This document shows positions 1 to 10,855 of a DNA stretch of 64,000 nucleotides, piece by piece (positions within the stretch are counted from its first letter, which is position 1; the number at the start of each line of letters is the position of its first letter). The stretch lies in the NCBI GenBank assembly GCA_964533715.1, contig CAZHNI010000001.1, forward strand, positions 5,514-69,513, in the 5' to 3' direction. The DNA comes from an uncultured Gammaproteobacteria bacterium (GTDB lineage: Bacteria > Patescibacteriota > Patescibacteriia > Magasanikbacterales > GWA2-37-8). The notes under the pieces are model-generated. The model did no database searches, was not told the DNA's origin, and worked only from the letters and a program-made list of their open reading frames with translations. The position numbers and the translations under genes are program-made.

Positions 1-28
1 TACTCAACTGTAGCAGGGGGGGCGTGCC

Positions 29-871
29 TTAGTTAACTGTTGCTCTAGGGACACCTTGAGGATTGTAATTGACGTTCAACCCAATAAGAGATCCTGAAGA
101 CCCTTGCCGCCAGAACAAGTGGATCGTGCGTTTTTTGTTTATCTCAATCCTGTGAGGTCGGTCAGCGCTTTGAAAGCCAGAACCAAACACCACAGGTTTC
201 GTCGAAAAACAGAAACCCAAAAACATGAACTCAGCAATGATGTGGTCGCGCTGGTCCGTTTCAAAATCACGCTCACACGCAACTCTGAATTGGTCAGAAG
301 CGTTTCGCTCGCCGTTTTGCCATAGAATTTTGAAATAGCCTTGTTCAACCGGTTCGGGACCAGAAAATAATATCTTCAAAAGTTCAAGTGGTATATTCAC
401 GTCAGTCAAGGTATGAGTGTTGTTCACAGAGGTTGGTACATTACGTGACGATATCATGCCAAGCAAAAGTTTTATAAGCCAACGTTCAACATCATAGCCA
501 CTAAAACCCCACAACGTTTGCTCGGTTTTATTCAAGGTGATATCTCTAATACATCCGAATAGGTTGCCGGCAACGGTGTCTAACCCGCTTAGGGCTGAGT
601 TATGTCGCTTGCAGAGCACGTTAGCAACAAAAGAATTGATACCCAAACTTATTCCTTCCACAGGCATCCAAGGTAGGCCGCGGTACGTCGCCCCATCTCC
701 AATAGCTTCTAGAACAGATCGAGAAAAATAATGTTCTCCACTAAGCGAACCTCCATCGCAATCATGAAGGGAGGATGCATAGCATCCAGGCGTCTGTAGC
801 CCTGTGCTTGGTAACGGAGGTGTAGTTATTGTCGGGGCGATAAATGAAGTCTGTTTACTTTGTGTGCTCAT
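29..871 (-). CDS. HNH-like (His-Me finger) hypothetical nuclease, probably horizontally acquired
   Basis: ORF restarted at ATG 871 (longer start overlaps tRNA); C..C, GEHYFSRSVL and VLCKRHNSALSGLD resemble HNH-type motifs; lies just downstream of tRNA-Pro 3' end. Confidence 0.5.
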   Translation of the reverse strand: MSTQSKQTSFIAPTITTPPLPSTGLQTPGCYASSLHDCDGGSLSGEHYFSRSVLEAIGDGATYRGLPWMPVEGISLGINSFVANVLCKRHNSALSGLDTVAGNLFGCIRDITLNKTEQTLWGFSGYDVERWLIKLLLGMISSRNVPTSVNNTHTLTDVNIPLELLKILFSGPEPVEQGYFKILWQNGERNASDQFRVACERDFETDQRDHIIAEFMFLGFCFSTKPVVFGSGFQSADRPHRIEINKKRTIHLFWRQGSSGSLIGLNVNYNPQGVPRATVN

Positions 872-960
872 GAAATTTTTGATATGTGGGACTTTGATAA
901 TCCTAAGCTTGGCTGCTTCAAAATATTTTTTTGAGCCAAAAATAAGTGGACTAAAATTTG

Positions 961-1033
961 TCGGGCTAGTGGGACTTGAACCCACGGCCTCATGCACCCC
1001 ATGCATGCGCGCTACCAACTGCGCTATAGCCCG
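961..1033 (-). tRNA. tRNA-Pro(GGG), CCA not encoded
   Basis: Reverse complement CGGGCTATAGCGCAGTTGGTAGCGCG-CATGC-ATGGGGT-GCATG-AGGCCGTGGGTTCAAGTCCCACTAGCCCGA folds as a cloverleaf. Confidence 0.95.
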
Positions 1034-1121
1034 TTTGAGCTCGTTTAGCGTATCACAGCTTCCCTCACTTTTCAAGAGTTGCTGTTTGTGGTATATTATT
1101 TGTGAATTAGCCATATTATTT

Positions 1122-2156
1122 ATGCTTACTCTCAAGAGTTTTTTTAAAGAAGCCGTTAAACAAAACGCGTCCGATATTCATTTAGTTGGATCGGAAATAC
1201 CCATGCTCCGAATACATGGGGAATTAATACAGCTTGACGATAAGCCTTTGAATAATAAAGAGCTAGAAACCGCAGTTTTAGGTCTTCTTACCAAAGATCA
1301 AGAAAAAAAATACAGTGAAGAAAAAGAACTTGATTTTGGATATGAACTGGACGGTGTTCGTTTTCGTGTTAACCTGCACCAAGAACAAGACAATATTGGT
1401 TTGGCAGCTCGTTTGATTCCATCGGAAATTCCAAGCCCTGAAGATTTGCGCTTTGAGCCAATTTTAGGTGAGATTCCCGGATTTTTAGATGGTTTAGTTC
1501 TAGTTACCGGACCTACCGGCTCTGGTAAATCTACTACCATTGCATCCCTTATTGAAGAAATTAATAAAAGCCGCAAAGCACATATTATTACTATTGAGGA
1601 TCCGATTGAGTTTTTATTTAAAGATAAACTTTCTCTTATTGAACAGCGTGAAGTAGGAACAGATACAAAATCTTTTGCCAACGCGCTCAAGTATGTGTTG
1701 CGCCAGGACCCAAACATAATTTTTGTTGGTGAGATGCGTGACCCGGAAACTATTGCAACTGTTTTAACCGCTGCGGAAACTGGCCATTTGGTTTTTTCCA
1801 CCCTCCATACCTCAAGTGCCGCTGAAGCCGTGGAGCGTATTGTTGATGTGTTTGAAGGGTCCAGGCAAAAACAGGTTTTAATTCAGCTTTCGGCGGTCCT
1901 AAGAGTGGTGGTGGCGCAGCAACTTATGCCATCAATTAAGGATGGTTTGGTGCCAGCTCGTGAAATTTTGGTGAACACTTCGGGGGTTTCCAATTTGATT
2001 CGTGAAAATGCTATTACCCAAATAAAGTCGGCCATCCAAACGGGCGCTAAAGACGGAATGGTTACTATGGAAAATTCTATTAAGCAATTGTTAAAAGATG
2101 GTTTAGTTGATGAAGATACCGCAGCGCATCGCCAGGGCAGTAGAAAAAAAGTATAA
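1122..2156 (+). CDS. pilT: Type IV pilus retraction ATPase PilT/PilU
   Basis: ASDIHL, GPTGSGKSTT, TIEDPIE, LRQDPNIIFVGEMRD, AAETGHLVFSTLHT. Confidence 0.92.
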   Translation: MLTLKSFFKEAVKQNASDIHLVGSEIPMLRIHGELIQLDDKPLNNKELETAVLGLLTKDQEKKYSEEKELDFGYELDGVRFRVNLHQEQDNIGLAARLIPSEIPSPEDLRFEPILGEIPGFLDGLVLVTGPTGSGKSTTIASLIEEINKSRKAHIITIEDPIEFLFKDKLSLIEQREVGTDTKSFANALKYVLRQDPNIIFVGEMRDPETIATVLTAAETGHLVFSTLHTSSAAEAVERIVDVFEGSRQKQVLIQLSAVLRVVVAQQLMPSIKDGLVPAREILVNTSGVSNLIRENAITQIKSAIQTGAKDGMVTMENSIKQLLKDGLVDEDTAAHRQGSRKKV

Positions 2157-2167
2157 GATTGTAACTT

Positions 2168-3631
2168 ATGGGTTTAGAGGCGAAAGAAATTTTTAAGATT
2201 GTTTTGAATGTTTCCAAGAAAACCAAAATACCGGCATATGTCGTGGGCGGATATGTCCGCGATTTTTTATTGGAAAAAGAGAATAAAAAAGATGTGGATT
2301 TTGTGGTTGCAGGGAGTGGCATAACCTTTGCTCGTGAACTCGACGCAACTTTAAAACAAGAAGGGAGCCTCATTGTATTTGAAGATTTTGATACCGCGCG
2401 TTATGTACTTGGAGAAGGTGAAAATCAAGTAGTCTTAGAATTTGCTGGAGCGCGACAAGAGTTGTATGCTCCGCATTCTCGCAAACCAGTTGTTTCTGAG
2501 GCTTCAATTGAGCAGGATTTAATGCGTCGCGATTTTACCGTTAACGCTTTGGCAGTATTGGTTGATAATTGTGTTATTCGAGGCAAACTGGTACCCACGG
2601 CCACGTTTAAAAAACATATTATTGATCCGTTTGGTGGCCTGGCCGATTTAAAAGAAAAGATTTTAAAAACACCACTCGATCCCGATGTTACGTTTAGTGA
2701 TGATCCGCTCCGCATGCTCCGCGCAGTTCGCTTTGCCGCCCAGCTTAATTTTGCTATTCATCCCAAAACTTTTGAATCGATACACACTAATCGCGAGCGG
2801 ATTAAAATTGTCTCCGCCGAACGTGTCCAGGAAGAGCTACTAAAATTATTAGCTACCAACCAGCCTTCGGTGGGGCTTTTTTTTATGTTCCAATGTCACC
2901 TAATGGATATTATTTTACCCGAAGTATCTAGACTTAATGGTGTAGAAGACGTATTTGGTCATCAGCATAAAGATAACCTCGTCCACTCTTTTAAAGTGGT
3001 AGATAATATTGCCAATGAATCACCAAAAGTATGGCTTCGTCTTGCGGGTCTGCTTCATGATATTGGCAAGCCAGCCACAAAAAAATTTGTACCTAAAATT
3101 GGTTGGACATTTCATGCGCACGAACACATGGGGAGAAAAATGGTTTATGCATTGGCGCGTCGGCTTAAATTTTCTAAGGATTTAACCGATTATCTCGCTA
3201 AACTTGTCAGATGGCATCTTCAGCCAATTGCCCTTATGGACGATGGAATAACCGATTCGGCGGTGCGGCGTTTGGTGGTTACTATGGGGGCAGAGCTTGA
3301 CGATTTACTTATTTTGGGTAGAGGTGATATAACCACAGGGAATCCTTACAAAAAAGAGAAACGTCTTAAAAATTATGATTTGCTAAGAGCTAAGATTGCC
3401 GAACTTATTGAACGCGACAAATTGAACTCTTTTCAATCTCCGGTGCGCGGGGATGAAATTATGGCTGTGTGTAAACTTAAACCAGGACCCACAGTTGGTA
3501 AAATTAAAACGGCCATTGAGGAGGCTATTTTAGACGGAAAGATACCTAATGATCACGAACAGGCGTACGCTTTTTTTCTCAATATTAAGGATTCATTTTG
3601 TTCGGTAGCTGCTGATTGGGAGCGGGTGTAG
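2168..3631 (+). CDS. cca: CCA tRNA nucleotidyltransferase / poly(A) polymerase family with HD domain
   Basis: VGGYVRD..DVD, DLMRRDFTVNA, DDPLRMLRAVRF, LLHDIGKP. Confidence 0.88.
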   Translation: MGLEAKEIFKIVLNVSKKTKIPAYVVGGYVRDFLLEKENKKDVDFVVAGSGITFARELDATLKQEGSLIVFEDFDTARYVLGEGENQVVLEFAGARQELYAPHSRKPVVSEASIEQDLMRRDFTVNALAVLVDNCVIRGKLVPTATFKKHIIDPFGGLADLKEKILKTPLDPDVTFSDDPLRMLRAVRFAAQLNFAIHPKTFESIHTNRERIKIVSAERVQEELLKLLATNQPSVGLFFMFQCHLMDIILPEVSRLNGVEDVFGHQHKDNLVHSFKVVDNIANESPKVWLRLAGLLHDIGKPATKKFVPKIGWTFHAHEHMGRKMVYALARRLKFSKDLTDYLAKLVRWHLQPIALMDDGITDSAVRRLVVTMGAELDDLLILGRGDITTGNPYKKEKRLKNYDLLRAKIAELIERDKLNSFQSPVRGDEIMAVCKLKPGPTVGKIKTAIEEAILDGKIPNDHEQAYAFFLNIKDSFCSVAADWERV

Positions 3632-3684
3632 TTGTCTCTTGAGACTATGTGTGGTATGATAAATATGATAAATCATATTTATAT

Positions 3685-3900
3685 ATGCGTAATTTAGGTG
3701 GTTTTTGTAAAAATGTGTGCGGTGCAACTAGCCTTGGTGAACGCGGGCAGGTTGTTATTCCCAAGGAACTTCGAGATGAAATGAAATTAAAAACTGGCGA
3801 CAAGCTTTTTGTTATAGAACACAATGGTGCGATTGTGCTCGTTTCAAAAAAAATGATGCAAAAATTTGTTTCTGCAATTACTCGTAAATTAAATCTCTAA
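3685..3900 (+). CDS. AbrB/MazE/SpoVT family DNA-binding protein
   Basis: LGERGQVVIPKELRDEMKLKTGDKL motif. Confidence 0.85.
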   Translation: MRNLGGFCKNVCGATSLGERGQVVIPKELRDEMKLKTGDKLFVIEHNGAIVLVSKKMMQKFVSAITRKLNL

Positions 3901-5664
3901 ATGTCTATGCCAAAAATTTTTAAGAATAAAAAATTTTTAATTGGGGTCGGCTTGATTATTCTGCTTGTTGGATATTATTCATATGGCCGTTATAAAAAAG
4001 CTCACCAGCCAGTAGCGTATGACACTGTATCAGTAAAACGTGGAGATCTGGTGCAAACTGTTGATGCCACCGGAAAATTAGAATCGGTTGACGATGTGGA
4101 TCTTCGTTTTGAAATTCCTGGTACGGTTGGCCAAGTAAATGTTGTTGAGGGTGGGACCGTAAAGGCACAGGCTATTTTAGCGACTCTCCGTTTAGGCGAA
4201 CTTAATGCGGCCGTGGCACAAGCCGCGGCACTTCTTAACCAAAAGTTAGCCGGCGCTTCAACTGAGGATGTGTCATATTATAAAGCTGCTATGGACGCAG
4301 CTCAGGCGTCTTATTTGCAGTCAAAAATTGACGCAGTGGCTTTACTATCCGGTGCTCAATCGGCTGTAGAAACCGCAAAAAATAATTTAAAGCTGGCTGA
4401 GGGCGGCGATCAGAGCCAGATTGTTATTAATGCTTATCAAAATGCAGTCGTAGCACTCCATGAGTCTGTTTCTAAATTGGATGATTCTCTAACCCAAGCG
4501 GATAATATTTTGGCGGTTGATAACGTGCTTGCGAACGATGCTTTTAAAGATTATCTTTCTCGTAATGATATTTCTAAGTTGAATATCGCTAAAGCGTTGT
4601 ATGCTGATGCTAAAATTCAAAAAAATAATTTTAGAAATGTCGCCGTTGTATTGACAACAAATAGCCCGCATGCAGATGTAGATGGCGCCTTTGGTTTGTT
4701 CGACGTGGCTTTTAACAAGATGAACCAGCTCTTAATTGCGGTGTCTGATGTTTTGACCGCGACCCCGCCAGTTTCGAACTTAACCCAGGCAGCACTTGAT
4801 GCCAAGAAAACAATAATTGAAACCGCTCGCGCCGCGCTTTCATCCGAATACGCGACTATGATTAACCAAAAACAATCATTGGCCGACGCAAAAACCAGTT
4901 TGGAAGCTTACTCCGCCGCTTACACCAAGGCCCTGCGCGATTTGGAGTCGGCTAAAGCAAACGCCTCAACTTCAGTGCAACTTAAAGAGGCTGCCTACAC
5001 TCAGGCTTTGTCAACGTATCAAACCAAAGTAAACCCACCACGCGAAGTTGATATAGCGCCTCTTCGCGCCGCTCTTTCACAAGCGGTGGCTAATCGTGAA
5101 AAAGCTATCATTCGTGCGCCATTTGACGGGCAGGTAACTAAGATATCAAAAAAAGTAGGGGAAACAGTTTCTTCGGCAGATATTATTATGAATATGTTTT
5201 CTCCACATTTTGAAATAAAAGTTGATGTTCCCGAAACCGATGTAGCCAAACTTATTGGAAATAATGGCAATGCGGTTACGTTTACCGTTGATGCGCTTGG
5301 AGAAGACCAAAAATTTAACGGTCAAGTTTTAACTATTGAGAAAAAATCAACTGAAATTCAAGATGTTGTATATTATCAAGTACGAATTGCCGTTAATAAA
5401 GGATATGAAGATAAACCGTTTAAATCTGGAATGACCGCCAATGTGGTAATTCACACAGCCGATCGGTCACAGGTTTTGTTTGTTCCACTTCGCGCCGTGC
5501 GAACTCGTACCGATGGCACTAAGTATGTTCGTATTCTTGAGAATGGGGTAGAAAAGGAAGCGACTGTTAAGCTTGGTCTTAAAGCTGATGAAAATAAGGT
5601 TGAAATAGTTGAGGGTCTTACCGAAGATCAGGTGGTTATATTAGGCGTTAAACAGGCAAGTTAA
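3901..5664 (+). CDS. Efflux membrane fusion protein (MacA/HlyD-like) with long coiled coil
   Basis: N-terminal TM, lipoyl half-motifs (GTVGQVNVVEG, IRAPFDGQV), GMTANV. Confidence 0.85.
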   Translation: MSMPKIFKNKKFLIGVGLIILLVGYYSYGRYKKAHQPVAYDTVSVKRGDLVQTVDATGKLESVDDVDLRFEIPGTVGQVNVVEGGTVKAQAILATLRLGELNAAVAQAAALLNQKLAGASTEDVSYYKAAMDAAQASYLQSKIDAVALLSGAQSAVETAKNNLKLAEGGDQSQIVINAYQNAVVALHESVSKLDDSLTQADNILAVDNVLANDAFKDYLSRNDISKLNIAKALYADAKIQKNNFRNVAVVLTTNSPHADVDGAFGLFDVAFNKMNQLLIAVSDVLTATPPVSNLTQAALDAKKTIIETARAALSSEYATMINQKQSLADAKTSLEAYSAAYTKALRDLESAKANASTSVQLKEAAYTQALSTYQTKVNPPREVDIAPLRAALSQAVANREKAIIRAPFDGQVTKISKKVGETVSSADIIMNMFSPHFEIKVDVPETDVAKLIGNNGNAVTFTVDALGEDQKFNGQVLTIEKKSTEIQDVVYYQVRIAVNKGYEDKPFKSGMTANVVIHTADRSQVLFVPLRAVRTRTDGTKYVRILENGVEKEATVKLGLKADENKVEIVEGLTEDQVVILGVKQAS

Positions 5665-5669
5665 TATTT

Positions 5670-6392
5670 ATGTCTCTTATACGTGTTGTTGATTTAAAAA
5701 AGGAGTACCAAACCGGCGATGTTATAACGCCGGTTTTACGAGGGCTTAATTTTTCTATTGAACGTGGAGAATTTGTATCTATTATGGGTCCAAGCGGTTC
5801 TGGCAAATCTACTCTTATGCATATTTTAGGTTTTCTCGATACGCTTTCCACAGGTCAATATTTTTTTGAAGATAGAGATGTGAGTACTCTTGGCGATGAT
5901 GAACTTGCTAAAATGAGAGGGGCCAAGGTTGGTTTTGTCTTTCAAGCATTTAACTTACTTCCACGCGCGAGTGCTTTAGAAAATGTTGTTTTGCCACTTG
6001 TGTATACTACCGTTCCTAAAGAGGAACGTATAGAGCGAGGGAAAAATTTGTTAATTTCGGTTGGCCTTGAACACAGACTAAAAAATACTCCAAATCAATT
6101 ATCTGGTGGTGAGAAACAACGAGTCGCAATTGCACGTTCACTCGTTAATAAACCAGATGTTATTTTTGCCGACGAACCAACCGGCAATTTGGACTCTAAA
6201 TCTGGTTTGCAAGTTATGAAAATTCTGCAGGATCTTAACGAAGCGGGTCATACTATTATTTTGGTAACGCATGAACGCTATACGGCTGAACACGCCAAGC
6301 GTATTTTGCAAATAAAAGATGGACAGATTATTTCGGATGGGGCAGTGACTCAACGTCAGCTTGCTGATGCAAACGGGGAGCTTAAAAAATAG
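5670..6392 (+). CDS. ABC transporter ATP-binding protein (MacB/LolD-like)
   Basis: [31 protein letters not shown]. Confidence 0.93.
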   Translation: MSLIRVVDLKKEYQTGDVITPVLRGLNFSIERGEFVSIMGPSGSGKSTLMHILGFLDTLSTGQYFFEDRDVSTLGDDELAKMRGAKVGFVFQAFNLLPRASALENVVLPLVYTTVPKEERIERGKNLLISVGLEHRLKNTPNQLSGGEKQRVAIARSLVNKPDVIFADEPTGNLDSKSGLQVMKILQDLNEAGHTIILVTHERYTAEHAKRILQIKDGQIISDGAVTQRQLADANGELKK

Positions 6393-6409
6393 TACAAAGT
6401 CCATCGTAT

Positions 6410-7660
6410 ATGTTTAAGTCAATTAATTTAACAGAAAATATCCAGGGCGCCTGGCAGATTTTAAGCCGTAATAAAGTACGGTCTTTTTTGACTATGCTTG
6501 GTATTATTATTGGTGTTATGGCGGTAGTGGTTATAATGTCTGTTGGGGCGGGGGCGCAGAGCTTGATTCTTAACCAAATTAAGGGTTTAGGGTCTAATTT
6601 GGTTGGAGTTCTTCCCGGAAAATCTGATGATAAAGGACCGCCAGCCGTGGTTTTTGGTATTGTAATAACAACTTTAACAACCGAAGACGGCCGGGCAATA
6701 ATGCAGTCGGGTGATTCGCATTTAGTTGCGCAGACCGCTTATGTGCGTGGGGTCGATACTGTAAAGGCTGGCGATATTTCTGACGACACTACGTTTGTTG
6801 GGGTTAGCGCCACATATCCGCAGGTCGAATCAATTACCGTTGCAAATGGACGCTTTTTTTCTGATGAAGAAGAACGTACCTTTGGACGAGTAGCCGTGTT
6901 AGGTAGCGAAACCGCGGATACGCTATTCCCCGATATGGATCCAATTGGTCAAATAATAAAAATAAAACAAACCAATTTTCAAGTTATTGGAGTGGTTAGC
7001 AAAAGAGGGGTGAGTGGTTTCCAAAATCAAGATAATCAAATTTTTGTTCCGGTGAGTACCGCTCAAAAATTGTTGCTTGGCATTAATTATGTTAATTTTA
7101 TTCGTGTAAAAGTTGATTCGGCAGAAAATGTTGATGCAAGTGTGGAACACATAAAAGAAATTTTACGCACACGACATGAAATTTCTAACCCAGAAAATGA
7201 TGATTTTTCCGTACGTTCTTCTAATCAGGGTCTAGATGTTTTAACGAGCGTAACGAACGCACTTCGTTTCTTTTTGGCGGCAATTGCAGCCTTGTCTTTG
7301 GTGGTTGGAGGTATTGGTATTATGAATATAATGCTCGCGGCAGTTGAAGAAAGAACTAAAGAAATTGGGCTTCGAAAAGCTGTTGGGGCAACTACTCGGC
7401 ACATTACATTACAATTTCTTATTGAGACAGTAATGATTACGTTTGTTGGAGGTATTATTGGTGTTATTCTTGGTATTCTTATTTCTATAATTGTAGCAAA
7501 AGTTGCAGTAAGTAGAGGTTATCAGTGGGATCTGGTTATTACTTTTAGTTCAATTTTTTTAGGTTGTTTTGTTTCAATCATAATTGGCTTTATTTTTGGG
7601 CTCAATCCGGCAAGACGTGCGAGCCGTCTTAGCCCTATGGAAGCATTACGTTACGAATAA
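6410..7660 (+). CDS. ABC transporter permease (MacB/FtsX family)
   Basis: RSFLTMLGIIIGV, VGGIGIMNIML, ERTKEIGLRKAVGA, PMEALRYE. Confidence 0.92.
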   Translation: MFKSINLTENIQGAWQILSRNKVRSFLTMLGIIIGVMAVVVIMSVGAGAQSLILNQIKGLGSNLVGVLPGKSDDKGPPAVVFGIVITTLTTEDGRAIMQSGDSHLVAQTAYVRGVDTVKAGDISDDTTFVGVSATYPQVESITVANGRFFSDEEERTFGRVAVLGSETADTLFPDMDPIGQIIKIKQTNFQVIGVVSKRGVSGFQNQDNQIFVPVSTAQKLLLGINYVNFIRVKVDSAENVDASVEHIKEILRTRHEISNPENDDFSVRSSNQGLDVLTSVTNALRFFLAAIAALSLVVGGIGIMNIMLAAVEERTKEIGLRKAVGATTRHITLQFLIETVMITFVGGIIGVILGILISIIVAKVAVSRGYQWDLVITFSSIFLGCFVSIIIGFIFGLNPARRASRLSPMEALRYE

Positions 7661-7667
7661 AAGACAT

Positions 7668-8903
7668 ATGAATTTTGCTCCTGTCATTCTGGCTTATCAA
7701 TCTCTCCTTCGCCAGAAACGTCGAAGTCTTTTAACCATGCTTGCTATTGCTATTGGTATTGCAGCCGTTATAACTATTATGGGCGCCGGCAAAGGAATGC
7801 AACGTTTTGTGCTTGGACAGCTTGATGTATTTGGGCCAGATACATTTAATATTGAAACACGGGTGCCAAATAGCAAAAAGAATTCTAGCGGTTTTGGATC
7901 AGTAGGCATTACCATTACTTCTCTTAAAGAGCGAGATCTTAGCGCGATATTAAAACTCCCTAATATTTTAGCAGCTTATGGCATGGTTAATGGCCAGGAA
8001 GCAGTCAGCTATCAGGGGCAAATTAAAAAAGTGGCACTCATGGGGCATGGCGCCGGTATGTTATATGTGGATACATTTACGATAGATTTAGGGCGATTTT
8101 ACACTCAAGATGAAGAAGATAGTTTGGCGCAGGTGGCGGTGCTTGGTGCCACCGCCAAAGAAAAGTTATTTGGCGATGAAGACCCAATTGACAAATTAGT
8201 TTATATTCGTGGCAAACCTTTTCGTGTTATTGGAGCGATGGGGAAGCGGGGTTCGGCATTTTTTCTTGATATGGACAACCAGATTACTTTGCCTGCGAAA
8301 ACCATGCAAAAGAAATTGCTGGGCATTGATTATTACCAGATGATTATTGGAAAAATGAGAGATGGCTCGCGAGCTGACCAAACCGCCCTAGAAGTTGCTG
8401 AAGTTATTAGAAGCAATCATTCTATAACCAATTCGGATAGAGACGATTTTGCAGTTAATACCACCGCCGATGCCAGGAAAACCTTAACTACCGTAACGGG
8501 AGGAGTTACCATGCTTTTGGTGGCGCTAGTTTGTATTTCACTTATTGTGGGCGGGGTTGGTATTATGAATATTATGTATGTTTCGGTTGCAGAACGTACT
8601 TTTGAAATTGGTCTACGTAAGTCGCTCGGGGCGCGTTCTAAAGATATCTTATTACAATTTTTGGCAGAGGCGGTTCTTATTACTTTGGGCGGCGGAGTGG
8701 TTGGGGTAGTACTTGGTACAATATTGGCCTTTATTATTTATATTGTGGCGGTTTCATTTAATTTTAAATGGGTTTTTAGTGTACCACTTTCTTCTATTGC
8801 CTTGGCCGTAGGTTTTTCGGCGACCATCGGTCTCCTGTTTGGTTTATACCCAGCTAAAAAAGCAGCGGCCTTAAGCCCAATTGATGCCTTAAGACGCGAA
8901 TAA
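7668..8903 (+). CDS. Second ABC transporter permease (MacB/FtsX family paralog)
   Basis: RSLLTMLAIAIG, VGGVGIMNIMY, ERTFEIGLRKSLGA. Confidence 0.92.
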   Translation: MNFAPVILAYQSLLRQKRRSLLTMLAIAIGIAAVITIMGAGKGMQRFVLGQLDVFGPDTFNIETRVPNSKKNSSGFGSVGITITSLKERDLSAILKLPNILAAYGMVNGQEAVSYQGQIKKVALMGHGAGMLYVDTFTIDLGRFYTQDEEDSLAQVAVLGATAKEKLFGDEDPIDKLVYIRGKPFRVIGAMGKRGSAFFLDMDNQITLPAKTMQKKLLGIDYYQMIIGKMRDGSRADQTALEVAEVIRSNHSITNSDRDDFAVNTTADARKTLTTVTGGVTMLLVALVCISLIVGGVGIMNIMYVSVAERTFEIGLRKSLGARSKDILLQFLAEAVLITLGGGVVGVVLGTILAFIIYIVAVSFNFKWVFSVPLSSIALAVGFSATIGLLFGLYPAKKAAALSPIDALRRE

Positions 8904-9034
8904 TTAAAAATAAAAGCTTGCACGATAAGTGAGTGTTTTATAGTTAAACTTTGTTTATTTTTAAGCTAGACGGTTGCTTTTTGTGTTTAAAAATGTTACG
9001 CTGAAACTAGCCTTAAAAGCCTGTTTTGGATTAT

Positions 9035-10825
9035 ATGAATGATACACAAAAAATTAAAGATCGAATTGATTTGGCACAACTTATTGGCGAATATATTCCC
9101 ATTAAAAAAGCCGGGATCAATTGGAAGGCACCATGCCCGTTTCACCATGAAAAAACCCCTTCTTTTATGGTGCATCCCGAGAAACAAATTTGGCATTGTT
9201 TTGGATGTGGCAAGGGAGGGGATGTGTTTACTTTTATACAGGAAATCGAAGGCTTTGATTTTATTGAAGCTTTAAAATTTTTAGCCAAACGAGCGGGGAT
9301 TGAACTTGATTTTAGCAAACAAAGCATGGTTGATTCGAGTTTGCGTAATCGCGTGCAGGATATTAATGTAAAGGCGGCAGCTTTTTTTAATCATATTTTA
9401 ATAAATCACCCAGCCGGAAAAATCGCGCGCGATTATCTTGCAAACCGTGGGGTTACAGCTAGCTCAATTACAAATTGGCAAATTGGTTTTGTACCTGACC
9501 AATGGAATTTGTTAACAAAATATTTTTTAAACAAAGGGGTTGGAATTGATGATTTGGTGGCATCAGGTTTAATAATTAAAAAAGAAGGAGCCGATACTAC
9601 GCGAGGCGTAGGAGTGTATGACCGATTCCGGGGGCGTATTATGTTTCCTATTTGTGATGCCCATGGATCCGTAGTGGGTTTTACCGGGCGTATTTTGGTT
9701 GAAACAGAGAATTCGGGGGGGAAATATGTGAATACACCACAAACGGTGTTGTACGATAAATCCAAAGTTTTATACGGTCTTAACAAGGCTAAAGCTGAAA
9801 TTAAGACAAAAGACTTGGTAGTGTTGGTAGAAGGTCAGATGGATGTGATAGCTTGTCATCAAGCAGGCATGACCAATGTTGTGGCCGCTTCGGGAACCGC
9901 GCTTACTTTTGAACAAGTTAAACTCCTAAAACGTTATACCAATAATGTCGCCATGGCTTTTGATGCTGACGCGGCCGGTCAAAATGCAGGTAAACGTGGA
10001 AGCGAAATTGCTCTTGAAGCCGGAATGCGAGTGCGTGTTATTGAAATCCCTAAGGGGTTTGCCAAAGATGCTGATGAATGCCTTAAAAAGGATCCAGCGG
10101 TGTGGTTTAAGGCTGTGGCGGAGGCATCAGAGCTTATGGAATGGTACTTCAGAACTGTCTGCCGAGAAAAACGAGGTACCACTCCAGTTGAAAAACAAAA
10201 GATTGTTGATGAATTAGCCCCACAAATTGCCCGTATTCCTTATGCAGTTGAACGTGAAAGTTGGCTTAAGCGTTTAGGGGATGAAATTGGAATTGGAGTA
10301 GATGTACTCCGTGCCGAGTTAAAACAAAAACATAAAATATTGCCAAAAAATAATTTTCAGAGTGTCGCGCCAAGTACTTTAGAAAAATTAGAACAGCTTG
10401 ATTCTTTGTGGCAAGAATTTTGGTCTATTTTATTTAAGTTTCCGGGCTGTTACAGGGTCGTTCGCTCTCATTTAAAGCCAATGTTTGCAGAATCGAGCAT
10501 TTTTTCGGGCCTTTACGAGATATGCGAAAAAATGTATAATACTAACCAATCGTTATCTTTAGAAGAACTACGAAATTTGCTTGCTCGTGAAGGAAAGGAA
10601 AATGAAATTGATGTTTTGTTGCTCCGCCCCTATAAAAATGTATCTGAATTAGGACAAAAAGAAGCGGAATTGGAATTAGTCCAATTGGCCGAGCGTATTC
10701 GCGGCGAGTGGCGAAAGAAAAGAGGTCAAGAAATTCAGCGTGGTATTTTAGCAGCCGAACGTTCTGGAAATAAAGACAGTGTGAGTGCACTACTTGTTGA
10801 ACTGGAAAATTTGTCTTTGCAGTAA
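9035..10825 (+). CDS. dnaG: DNA primase
   Basis: CPFHHEKTPSF..HCFGC zinc finger, DRFRGRIMFPI, VEGQMDV, FDADAAG TOPRIM. Confidence 0.96.
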   Translation: MNDTQKIKDRIDLAQLIGEYIPIKKAGINWKAPCPFHHEKTPSFMVHPEKQIWHCFGCGKGGDVFTFIQEIEGFDFIEALKFLAKRAGIELDFSKQSMVDSSLRNRVQDINVKAAAFFNHILINHPAGKIARDYLANRGVTASSITNWQIGFVPDQWNLLTKYFLNKGVGIDDLVASGLIIKKEGADTTRGVGVYDRFRGRIMFPICDAHGSVVGFTGRILVETENSGGKYVNTPQTVLYDKSKVLYGLNKAKAEIKTKDLVVLVEGQMDVIACHQAGMTNVVAASGTALTFEQVKLLKRYTNNVAMAFDADAAGQNAGKRGSEIALEAGMRVRVIEIPKGFAKDADECLKKDPAVWFKAVAEASELMEWYFRTVCREKRGTTPVEKQKIVDELAPQIARIPYAVERESWLKRLGDEIGIGVDVLRAELKQKHKILPKNNFQSVAPSTLEKLEQLDSLWQEFWSILFKFPGCYRVVRSHLKPMFAESSIFSGLYEICEKMYNTNQSLSLEELRNLLAREGKENEIDVLLLRPYKNVSELGQKEAELELVQLAERIRGEWRKKRGQEIQRGILAAERSGNKDSVSALLVELENLSLQ

Positions 10826-10855
10826 TTTTTTTAGTTACTATTCAATATTTTTTGC

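Noticed and set aside
804-1135. N-terminal extensions of ORFs 29..1135(-) and 804..2156(+)
   Set aside because: They run through tRNA-Pro; plausible starts are 871 and 1122.
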